From Candidatus Elulimicrobium sp. (GTDB taxonomy: Bacteria; Patescibacteriota; Minisyncoccia; Phycocordibacterales; UBA918), in NCBI GenBank assembly GCA_020720815.1, contig DYNY01000005.1:1-63072 (forward strand): a stretch of 63,072 nucleotides of DNA, in the 5' to 3' direction. The notes under the pieces were generated by a model. That model was not told the origin of the DNA. It worked only from the letters and a program-made list of their open reading frames with translations, and ran no database searches. Made by a program: the position numbers and the translations under genes. This document shows, one piece after another, positions 47,830-56,290 of the stretch; position 1 is the stretch's first letter, and the number at the start of each line of letters is the position of its first letter.

Positions 47830-48075
47830 TACCGCTGATGTGGCTGACACCACTGAGGTGAGGGAGGAAAGCAGAGTGAGGCTTATTTTGCCACAACTTA
47901 CTGAAACGTAGTCGCTTGGCAAGGAGCGAAAGTAAGCTACGGCAAAAAGCCGTTTTTACACCTGTCAGTAGAACCCTCCGCCTTGCGCCCGACAAAGCGC
48001 AAAAGAGCGCCCACACTGCATACAGTGGGGAAGTAGGGTGGCACCGCGGATAACTCCTTAAAAATTCGCCCCTAC
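47830..48075 (+). promoter_or_regulatory. T-box riboswitch leader (candidate tRNA-Asp specificity) upstream of aspS
   Basis: AGGGUGGCACCGCGG at 48035-48049 matches the T-box core. The antiterminator is A1 guaggg (48033-38) / cccuac (48070-75), a 7-nt bulge UGGCACC, and A2 gcg/cgc. A stem III-like hairpin lies at 48011-48030. At the 5' end a kink-turn plus hairpin (47830-47860) has loop CUGACA. The region is markedly more G+C-rich than its flanks. Confidence 0.8.
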
Positions 48076-48311
48076 AAACCAAGATGAGAAAGATATGAAA
48101 TTCATTTTTTAGCCTTTCGAGTCGAAGGTTTGTATGATTTTTTCATACAAATACTTTATTTATTAGAATAATCTATCTGTAGGGGTGAAAAGCTTGGGAA
48201 GCTTTTCAAGGGGTTGTTAAAGCATTTATGAAGTAATGAAAAAATACTTAACGACCCGAACAGCTTCTGTAAGAAGATTCTCGTTTCTCAGATTTAATTA
48301 AGTAAAACATT

Positions 48312-49664
48312 ATGACTCGCACCCTTATCGGCACACTCAAAAGTGAAGTGGAGAAGGAAGTAACTATTCAGGGCTGGGTAGACGTATCTCGCCAACAAGG
48401 TAAGATGGCTTTTTTTGATTTTCACGATCGCTCTGGCAAAGTTCAAGGAATAGTTTTTGGTAAACCAGAAGTACTTGAAATAGCACAAAAATTGAAAGCG
48501 GGCTATGTGGTAGAAGTGACCGGCAACGTCCATTCCCGACCGGAAAAAATGCGTAATGAAAAATCAGAAAACGGAGACATCGAGCTAGAGGTAACCAAAA
48601 TAGAAATCATTAGCGAAGCTGAACCAGCTCCCTTTGATATGGACACCGAGCTCAACCTTGATACCTTGCTTGATTATCGTCCCATCACTCTACGGAGGGA
48701 TCATGAACGGGCTATCTTTAAAGTTCAAGCTGAAATTTTGGTTGCATACCGAAATTTCCTAAACAGTGAAGGGTTTACCGAATTCCAGGCGCCAAAGCTA
48801 GTGGGAGGTGACGCTGAGGGAGGAGCAGAGGTATTCAAGGTAAAGTATTTTAAAGGCGTAGAGGCTTCACTAGCCACTAGTCCACAGCTATACAAGCAAA
48901 TAATGGCTGGGGTATATGAGCGAGTATTTGCCGTTGGGCCAACTTTCCGTGCTGAGAAAAGTGCCACTACCCGTCACCTGTCAGAAATCTCAATGCTGGA
49001 TTTAGAGATGGCTTTTATCAAAGACCATACTGATGTAATTTCGATGGTAACCAAGCTAATGCGCGCAATAGTAGAACACGTAAATAAGGCTTGTGCGGCT
49101 GAAATAGTCTTACTAGATATACCCCTAGCTTTAACCCCTGAAGCTTTTCCGGTCATGACTTTGCGTGAAGCCCAAGCACTAATCAAGAAAGAGACAGGAG
49201 TGGATAAAACGACCGAACCAGACCTTGAGCCAGAAGACGAACGCTTCCTTTGTGACTACGCCAACAAAAACCTTGGCTCCGACTTTGTTTTCGTTACGCA
49301 TTTCCCGACCAAGAAGCGCCCCTTCTACACCCACGTCGACCCAGCTTGTCCAGAATTTACCAGAAGTTTTGACTTACTCTTCCGTGGACTCGAGATGTGT
49401 TCTGGTGGCCAACGTGTCCACCGGTACGAAGACCTGGTACAAAGAATCAAAGATAAAGGACTAGACCCAGATAAATTCTCATTCTATCTCCAAGCCTTCA
49501 AGCACGGTATTCCACCTCATGGCGGTATTGGCATGGGCTTAGAGCGCCTTACGGCTAAGCTTTGTGGAGTAGTAAACGTTAAGGAAGCTACGCTTTTCCC
49601 GCGTGATATTAACCGTATTGACACCTTTACGAGCAAAGAGCAAAGTACGGAAGCTGAGATTTAA
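48312..49664 (+). CDS. aspS: aspartyl-tRNA synthetase, archaeal/eukaryal-type (short form without the bacterial GAD insertion)
   Basis: 450-aa ORF with an N-terminal OB fold (QGWV...R..G...F..F.D.SG.VQ); class II motifs FRAEKSATTRHLSEISMLDLEMAF and GGIGMGLERL. Confidence 0.9.
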   Translation: MTRTLIGTLKSEVEKEVTIQGWVDVSRQQGKMAFFDFHDRSGKVQGIVFGKPEVLEIAQKLKAGYVVEVTGNVHSRPEKMRNEKSENGDIELEVTKIEIISEAEPAPFDMDTELNLDTLLDYRPITLRRDHERAIFKVQAEILVAYRNFLNSEGFTEFQAPKLVGGDAEGGAEVFKVKYFKGVEASLATSPQLYKQIMAGVYERVFAVGPTFRAEKSATTRHLSEISMLDLEMAFIKDHTDVISMVTKLMRAIVEHVNKACAAEIVLLDIPLALTPEAFPVMTLREAQALIKKETGVDKTTEPDLEPEDERFLCDYANKNLGSDFVFVTHFPTKKRPFYTHVDPACPEFTRSFDLLFRGLEMCSGGQRVHRYEDLVQRIKDKGLDPDKFSFYLQAFKHGIPPHGGIGMGLERLTAKLCGVVNVKEATLFPRDINRIDTFTSKEQSTEAEI

Positions 49665-49670
49665 TCAACC

Positions 49671-49720
49671 TATATAACAAAAAAACCGAATCAGTTACTT
49701 ATTCGGCTTTTTTGTTATAT
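49671..49720 (+). terminator. long hairpin terminator after aspS
   Basis: tatataacaaaaaaaccgaat / attcggcttttttgttatata form 21-bp arms with one mismatch, T-run on the 3' arm. Confidence 0.7.
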
Positions 49721-49739
49721 AAGTTATACTAACTCTATT

Positions 49740-51170
49740 ATGCTTAAAATCACCACGTCACCCAAATCTTTAGCGGAAGCAACTAAAAAATACTGCCAAC
49801 TAATTTTGACCGAAGAGCCAGCTTCCGCTCATCGATTTGTTGAAGCTTCTGACGGAACGCTAACTTACCGGCTTGGGATAGGGAAGTGGGATAAAGTAGA
49901 CGCTCGAAGTTTTCGCACTCATGTACGGTCTTTTGTTCAAACAGCAAAGAATCACCAAATCGAGAGCTTGGCTCTAGAATTTCCGTCTGGTAAATATTCG
50001 CAGTTATCTTTGTATGATGAGGCATGGCTGGCTTCGACTTTGGTAGAAAACTTAATGCTAGCTGATTACGAATTTATCAGCTACAAAACTAAAAAGAAGT
50101 CCAATAAAAATCTAAAAGAAATTTTAATTTGCGGATTTGCCTCTAAAGAAGCCCTGTCCGGATTTAAGCGCGGACTAATAGTAGGAGAATATATAAATAA
50201 AGCCCGTGATATTGCGAACCAACCCGGTATTGACCTCACACCGACCGCTTTGGGTAAAGCCGCAACTGAACTGGTAAAGGGTACTACGGTCACGGTCAGG
50301 GTTCTTGGTGAAAAAGAGTTAAAGAAGCTAAAGATGGGCCTTCTACTCGCAGTCGGTCAAGGAACCAAAAGCGAAACCAAACTGATTATTGCTGAATACT
50401 GGGGAGCCGGCAAACCGACCGAAAAAACAATTCCAAAAAAAAAGCAACCTATCGTTCTGCTAGGTAAAGGTATCACTTACGATACCGGCGGGCTAAACGT
50501 CAAACCGTCTGGCTCGATGCATGATATGCACCTTGATATGTCTGGTGGATCATCAGTCTTAGCTACAATTACTATCGTGGCCAAACTTGGACTAAAGAAA
50601 AATATTGTGGTACTAGTACCATCTGCTGAAAACGCTATTTCGGATGATGCTATGCGCGCCGGAGATATTGTGACCGCCATGAACGGCAAAACTGTGGAAG
50701 TACTACATACTGATGCCGAAGGTAGAATGGTTCTGGCTGACGCCTATACCTACAGTGAGCGTTATTCGCCTAAAGTTATTTTAGACATTGCTACGCTGAC
50801 CGGGGCCTCTTTAGTGGCCCTAGGACAACATGCTAGTGCTATTTTAACCAAAGATACTAAGCTAGAAGCTACCCTTCGCGAGCTAGGAGAAAAAAGTGGG
50901 GATTTGGTGTGGCCACTACCACTCTGGGATGAGTATAAAGGTAGCCTAAAAAGTCACCGAGCCGACATCAGCAACATCGCGACTAACTTCTCACGTTTTG
51001 GCGGGTGTATTGAAGGAGCTAGTTTTCTTTCCTTTTTTGCCCCCAAAAATGTCCCTTGGGCACATATTGACATCGCCCCACGCATGGATAGTATAGCCAG
51101 TGATAAACTAGCGAAAGGCTCCACTGGTGAACCAATTCGTCTTTTAGTTAGTTTCTTAGAACAATATTAG
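49740..51170 (+). CDS. pepA: leucyl aminopeptidase (M17)
   Basis: LLGKGITYDTGG, DMSGG, HTDAEGRMVLADA. Confidence 0.9.
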   Translation: MLKITTSPKSLAEATKKYCQLILTEEPASAHRFVEASDGTLTYRLGIGKWDKVDARSFRTHVRSFVQTAKNHQIESLALEFPSGKYSQLSLYDEAWLASTLVENLMLADYEFISYKTKKKSNKNLKEILICGFASKEALSGFKRGLIVGEYINKARDIANQPGIDLTPTALGKAATELVKGTTVTVRVLGEKELKKLKMGLLLAVGQGTKSETKLIIAEYWGAGKPTEKTIPKKKQPIVLLGKGITYDTGGLNVKPSGSMHDMHLDMSGGSSVLATITIVAKLGLKKNIVVLVPSAENAISDDAMRAGDIVTAMNGKTVEVLHTDAEGRMVLADAYTYSERYSPKVILDIATLTGASLVALGQHASAILTKDTKLEATLRELGEKSGDLVWPLPLWDEYKGSLKSHRADISNIATNFSRFGGCIEGASFLSFFAPKNVPWAHIDIAPRMDSIASDKLAKGSTGEPIRLLVSFLEQY

Positions 51171-51330
51171 ACTTTAATTATATGGATGAATTACACAAAT
51201 TATTTATCGGTATGATTGCAGTCTTGATAGTTTTCACGATCATGTTCGGTACAACCATAAAAATTCAAAAACGCAATCAAGTGTATCTTGATGTTATGAC
51301 GACCAATAAAAAAGACCACTAGAATACTTC

Positions 51331-51614
51331 ATGTCATACTACATTCAAAAACCCACCAAAGAACATATCTTAAGCGAAGTCCGAAAATTACAGTATCTTT
51401 ACGGTCTAAAAAACGAAATCCGTACTTTCTACCTCTAGAAAACCCTACTGGTGACTGGAACAAAGTTGCGATTTACGAAATGATTACGCTTCATGATATT
51501 GATGAAATTGAAACAGGTGATACGATTGGTTATCTAAAAACTTACAACATTAGAGACGGTGAAAAAATTGCTAAGTTAAAAGTATTAGACAAATCCCCAC
51601 ACCATTTAAAATAA
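51331..51614 (+). pseudogene. decayed HD-domain phosphohydrolase (YfbR-type 5'-nucleotidase-like) remnant
   Basis: MSYYIQKPTKEHILSEVRKLQYLYGLKNEIRTFYL stops at TAG 51436-38. The continuation in another frame is ENPTGDWNKVAIYEMITLHDIDEIETGD... (the HD...D motif). The first His motif region is missing. Confidence 0.5.
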
Positions 51615-51720
51615 TGAATATTTTAAATCAAACAATACAAAAAGCCATGATTGAAGAGGGTTATTTCGACCACAGCTAAACCAAAGTTTTAGTTAATCGG
51701 CATGATATTATTTAAGAACT

Positions 51721-52461
51721 ATGCCACCTAGTACTGTTCCCAGCTTTTCCATAAAAACCGCAGTTTTTGAGGGCCCTTTAGAGTTATTACTTGATTTGGT
51801 TGATAAGCGAAAACTATTAATAAACGATATATCACTAGCAGAAGTGACCGATGAGTACATGCGAGAGGTGAGTTTAATGCAAGAAATGTCACTACCTAAC
51901 ACGACACACTTCATTAGCTTAGCGGCCACATTGCTATTAGTGAAATCAAAGTCACTTTTGCCGATCCTTGAACTAACTGAAGAAGAGGAACAAAGTATTG
52001 AAGATCTTGAAGAACGTCTTCGCCGATACAAAATCATTCGCGATGTAGCAATGCCACTGCAAACCATGTTTGGCAAAAGCATACTCTATGCCCCACAATT
52101 TCATAAGCCATCCGTGCAAATTTTTGTTCCAGACCATTTGTGCTCCATCAGCGCCCTTCATGGCGCAATAATAGATACCTTGGCAAACCTACCTAAGAAA
52201 GAAGAACCTAAGCAAGCAAATATAAAAGCTACCATTAGCTTAGAAGAAATGATGACCAGACTCGAAAACCGTATCCGCCAAAATCTACACACCAGATTTT
52301 CAGAACTACATGCCGGAGAAGTAGAAAAGAGAGTGGTAATTGTTAGTTTTTTAGCAATTTTAGAACTGTTCAAACAAGGTAACCTCATTGTTACACAGGT
52401 CGAACGATTTTCCGACATTGACATTGAACTAGATCGGGGCGAAACACCTCGCTATTACTAG
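51721..52461 (+). CDS. scpA: segregation and condensation protein A
   Basis: FEGPLELLLDLVDKRKLLINDISLAEVTDEY. Confidence 0.9.
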   Translation: MPPSTVPSFSIKTAVFEGPLELLLDLVDKRKLLINDISLAEVTDEYMREVSLMQEMSLPNTTHFISLAATLLLVKSKSLLPILELTEEEEQSIEDLEERLRRYKIIRDVAMPLQTMFGKSILYAPQFHKPSVQIFVPDHLCSISALHGAIIDTLANLPKKEEPKQANIKATISLEEMMTRLENRIRQNLHTRFSELHAGEVEKRVVIVSFLAILELFKQGNLIVTQVERFSDIDIELDRGETPRYY

Positions 52462-52517
52462 CTTTAACTGTTCACTGCCCATAAACAGTCCAATCCTGAT
52501 ATGCTACAATCAACCTT

Positions 52518-53063
52518 ATGCCAATTGACATCCTGATTGAAGGATTGCTATTTTATAAGTCAGCCCCACAAAAAAAGACCGTGGTAATGAAACTTTTTGA
52601 TGTGTCCGCTTTAGATCTACAAGATGCTTTGCAAATTCTAAGTGATCGACTAAAAACTGGTGCTACCAGACTAATAGAAACAAATGAAGAAATTCAGTTG
52701 GTAACCACCCCTGAACTAGCTCCTATTATAGAAGCAATGCGTAAAAGCGAACTAAAGGCTGATATTGGTAAGGCCGGAGCTGAGACTTTGGCTATTATTC
52801 TCTATCAGGAACCAATCAGTCGTAGCGCAATTGATCGTATCCGCGGTGTTAATTCTTCGTTTATACTGCGTAATCTGCAAATTCGTGGTTTAGTAGACCG
52901 TACCCCCAACAAGCAGGGGAGTGGTTACGAATTTGTGGTTAGTCCGGCTTTGTTGGCACACTTAGGCATCACCAAAAAACATGATTTGCCAGACTTTGCT
53001 CGTATTGCTGATAGCTTAGAAAGCTTTGTGACTTCAGTACCGGAAGAAGTAGAATCAATATAA
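52518..53063 (+). CDS. scpB: segregation and condensation protein B
   Basis: ALLF....P, GAETLAIILYQEPISRSAIDRIRGV.S...LR.L..RGLV; directly downstream of scpA. Confidence 0.85.
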   Translation: MPIDILIEGLLFYKSAPQKKTVVMKLFDVSALDLQDALQILSDRLKTGATRLIETNEEIQLVTTPELAPIIEAMRKSELKADIGKAGAETLAIILYQEPISRSAIDRIRGVNSSFILRNLQIRGLVDRTPNKQGSGYEFVVSPALLAHLGITKKHDLPDFARIADSLESFVTSVPEEVESI

Positions 53064-53065
53064 TT

Positions 53066-54097
53066 ATGAATCCAACGGAAGAAAACACTTTTATATTAGA
53101 GGAAGAAAATCAGAGACCTACTTTTGCACTTGCAGAACAAACTAAGTTTTCTATAATTCCACATTTAACCGTGATTGGTCTTATTTTATTTGGAATTTTC
53201 AGTACAGTAGTAGTACCTAAAACTATCTCATATTTAAATATTAATAAAACTACTATACCTGATAAAATAGACGTGACAGCCTCTGCCTCAGCTATAGCTC
53301 CTGTACGCCAAATTGAATTAGTTTCGATTACCGGTAAAGCAGGCTTTGTCTGGGATCTGAAAACTAGAGAAACTTTATACGAAAAAAATGCCAATGAGGC
53401 GTTACCGCTAGCATCTATTACCAAATTAATGACTGCTTTGGTAGCCTATGAACTGGTTGATGATGACACACCAATAACCATTTCTGCTTCTGCGGCAGCC
53501 GAGGAAAGCGGTGGCACTCTTCGTCCCGGAGAGGTATTTAAGGTAAAAGAATTAGCTGATTTTGCGCTAGTTACTTCGTACAACAGTGCTGCTTATATGC
53601 TTTCAGATGCAGTTGGTAAATTATTGGGCGATGGAAATGAAAACGGTGTGTCACAATTTGTTACTGGAATGAATATCACAGCTGAAGAACTAGGGCTTAC
53701 TAGCTTGAAATATTCTAATGCAACTGGATTAGATATTTCTGCCACTGTAGCTGGAGCCTATGGTAACGCGCGGGATGTAAGTCTTTTGGTTGAACATATT
53801 TACACTAAATATCCAGAAATACTAAGACCAACTACCGCCCCCAAAACCAGATTATATAATTCTCTCGGACAATTTCATGAGGATAATAATACTAATGAAA
53901 TTGTGACAGAAATACCAAATTTGCTTGGTTCAAAAACCGGCTATACGGATCTTGCTGGTGGAAATCTTACAATTATATTTGATGCCGGTTTCAGCCACCA
54001 AATTATTATAACTGTCTTAGGTTCTACTCGAACTGAACGTTTTAATGATATGAAAAAATTAATTGCCGCTACCCTCGACAACATAAATAAAAAATAA
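53066..54097 (+). CDS. D-alanyl-D-alanine carboxypeptidase (S11, PBP5-like)
   Basis: SxxK (ASITKLMTA), SxN (SYNSAA) and KTG (SKTGYT), with an N-terminal TM anchor. Confidence 0.8.
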   Translation: MNPTEENTFILEEENQRPTFALAEQTKFSIIPHLTVIGLILFGIFSTVVVPKTISYLNINKTTIPDKIDVTASASAIAPVRQIELVSITGKAGFVWDLKTRETLYEKNANEALPLASITKLMTALVAYELVDDDTPITISASAAAEESGGTLRPGEVFKVKELADFALVTSYNSAAYMLSDAVGKLLGDGNENGVSQFVTGMNITAEELGLTSLKYSNATGLDISATVAGAYGNARDVSLLVEHIYTKYPEILRPTTAPKTRLYNSLGQFHEDNNTNEIVTEIPNLLGSKTGYTDLAGGNLTIIFDAGFSHQIIITVLGSTRTERFNDMKKLIAATLDNINKK

Positions 54098-54098
54098 A

Positions 54099-55160
54099 AT
54101 GGAAATTTTAATTTTAAAAATTCTTCTCCCGGCTTTGATTACCTTTATTATCGGAATAGCTATTACACCGATTATTACACACTATTTGTTCAAATATCAG
54201 GTTTGGAAAAAACAAGGTGGCAAAGTAGCTATCGGTGGGTACGAAGCATCTGAGTTCAACCGCCTAAAAGGAAAACAGGAGACTAGCACACCACGCATGG
54301 GTGGAATTGTTATCTGGGGTAGTATTCTTATTTCTACTGTCTTTATTTTTATTTTAACAATAACGACTGACATCAAATTTTTTTCTGATATTTTTTTCTT
54401 GAGCCGTTCACAAACCTGGATACCATTTTCGGTTTTAATTATTGGCGCACTCATTGGCCTACTGAATGATTTTTATGATGTTCAGCATGGTGGGGCAGGG
54501 GTTAGACTGTCAGTTAGATTAACCTTAATCAGTATCCTGGCAGGCTTTATTGGCTGGTGGTTTTATGCCAAATTGGGCGTAACAACTATCAGTATACCTT
54601 TTACTGATCCACTCTATGTTGGCATTTGGCTAATCCCATTTTTCATTCTACTTACTAATGCCCTTTACGCTAGTGGAGTGATAGACGGAATCGATGGTCT
54701 CTCAGGAGGAGTATTTGGATCAATTTTTATTGCTTATGCTGGGGTAGCAATTATTCAAACTCAATATGACCTAGCAGCTTTTTGTGTAATGGTGGCCGGA
54801 GCCATATTAGCTTTTTTATGGTTTAACATTCCACCAGCTCGTTTTTGGATGACCGAAACAGGTTCAATGCCACTAACTCTTACACTGTCAGTGGTAGTTC
54901 TTATGACCGATCAAATTGTACCCAACGGGCACGGTATAGCCGTTTTACCAATCATTGGTTTTTTATTAGTTATAACTGTTCTATCAAATATTATTCAAGT
55001 CGTTTACCGAAAAATTACTGGCCGTAAATTTTTTAGAATCGCTCCTCTACATCATCATTTTGAAGCGATTGGGTGGCCTCCATATAAAGTGACGATGCGA
55101 TACTGGGTAATCAGTATGCTGTGTGCAATAACTGGAGTTATTCTAGCTAGTATAATATGA
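54099..55160 (+). CDS. mraY: phospho-N-acetylmuramoyl-pentapeptide transferase
   Basis: 353-aa polytopic ORF with TPRMGG, NDFYD-type and DGIDGL motifs and a C-terminal PLHHHFE. Confidence 0.9.
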   Translation: MEILILKILLPALITFIIGIAITPIITHYLFKYQVWKKQGGKVAIGGYEASEFNRLKGKQETSTPRMGGIVIWGSILISTVFIFILTITTDIKFFSDIFFLSRSQTWIPFSVLIIGALIGLLNDFYDVQHGGAGVRLSVRLTLISILAGFIGWWFYAKLGVTTISIPFTDPLYVGIWLIPFFILLTNALYASGVIDGIDGLSGGVFGSIFIAYAGVAIIQTQYDLAAFCVMVAGAILAFLWFNIPPARFWMTETGSMPLTLTLSVVVLMTDQIVPNGHGIAVLPIIGFLLVITVLSNIIQVVYRKITGRKFFRIAPLHHHFEAIGWPPYKVTMRYWVISMLCAITGVILASII

Positions 55161-56275
55161 AGGCTCGAGCCCCTAAATCTGTCGATCTCATACTACTTAC
55201 CTTAATCAGTATTTTAGTAGTTATTGGATTTTTTATTTTTTCTTCAGCCTCCCTTGGTCTACTTGCTCGTAGTGGTGCTAGTTTTGGCTCAGTAGCTTTT
55301 AACCAATTTTTCTTTGGCATTATTGGTGGAAGTATCACACTTTTAATCACTAGTAATATCTACTACCGAAATTGGCGAGAATACGCTCTTTATATTTATA
55401 TTATCGGTATAATATTTACATTAACCGTTTTTATCCCTGGTCTAGGCATGACTCACGCTGGAGCAACCCGTTGGATTGATATTGGTTTTACAACTATTCA
55501 ACCTTCAGAGTTTTTAAAAATTGCTTTTGTAATTTATATAGCCTCATTACTTTCTGGCATTCACCGTCACATCGAATCATTCAGATATGGTGTTCTTCCA
55601 TTTTTAGGAGTTTTAGCTACCTCTGGCGTGGTCATGCTTGCTTTACCAGATACGGACACGTTTATGATTATGATTGTCGCTGGTATTGCCATGTTCGTGG
55701 CCGCGGGAGCTAAGTGGAAACATATTTTAATCCTTGGTGTAACCGGTCTATTAATTCTTAGCATAGTTGCCTTTGCACGACCTTATGTAATGGACCGTAT
55801 CATGACTTTTATAAATCCCGGTTCAGATCCTTTAGGAAGTGGTTACCAAATAGAACAATCACTAATTGCAATTGGCTCTGGTGGATTTCTTGGTCGAGGT
55901 TACGGCCAAAGTATTCAAAAATTTGAATACTTGCCCGAGCCAATTGGAGATTCTGTCTTTGCTGTCTATGCCGAAGAATTTGGCTTTTTTGGTTCTACTA
56001 TTTTAGTCTTTCTTTTAGCTTTTTTTACTTTCCGTGGTTTTAAAATCGCCACACAGGCGGAAGATTTATTTGGCATGTTACTCGTGGTTGGTTTTATGAC
56101 TCTTATTGCTAGCCAAGCGTTTTTAAACATAGCCGCTATGCTTAGTGTGGCTCCATTGTCAGGCCTTCCATTACCATTTATTAGTCATGGCGGAACCGCC
56201 TTAATTGCTATTTTAGCGTCTATGGGTATTGTTCTAAATGTGTCAAAATATCGTCTACACGATAAACGTTCATGA
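55157..56275 (+). CDS. ftsW: SEDS-family peptidoglycan glycosyltransferase (FtsW/RodA)
   Basis: PSEF.K, GSGYQ..QS..A.GSGG..G.G and LP....D.VFA, placed between mraY and murG. FtsW versus RodA cannot be separated by eye. Confidence 0.85.
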   Translation: MKARAPKSVDLILLTLISILVVIGFFIFSSASLGLLARSGASFGSVAFNQFFFGIIGGSITLLITSNIYYRNWREYALYIYIIGIIFTLTVFIPGLGMTHAGATRWIDIGFTTIQPSEFLKIAFVIYIASLLSGIHRHIESFRYGVLPFLGVLATSGVVMLALPDTDTFMIMIVAGIAMFVAAGAKWKHILILGVTGLLILSIVAFARPYVMDRIMTFINPGSDPLGSGYQIEQSLIAIGSGGFLGRGYGQSIQKFEYLPEPIGDSVFAVYAEEFGFFGSTILVFLLAFFTFRGFKIATQAEDLFGMLLVVGFMTLIASQAFLNIAAMLSVAPLSGLPLPFISHGGTALIAILASMGIVLNVSKYRLHDKRS

Positions 56276-56290
56276 TACACTTAAGCTAAT

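Noticed and set aside
47786-48082. 98-aa minus-strand ORF in the trpS-aspS intergenic region
   Set aside because: It coincides exactly with the structured, G+C-rich T-box leader on the plus strand. It is Arg/Leu/Cys-rich and has no start context. It is an artefact of a stop-poor structured-RNA region.
47830-48090. Possibility that the G+C-rich RNA-like segment is RNase P RNA, tmRNA or SRP RNA
   Set aside because: gagggaggaaagcag and cagtagaaccctcc superficially recall RNase P CR-I and CR-V, but they cannot form the P4 helix. No tRNA-like 3' end (GGTTCGA...CCA) or tag ORF supports tmRNA on either strand. No SRP GGAA/AGCA symmetric loop context is present. The T-box antiterminator geometry fits exactly.
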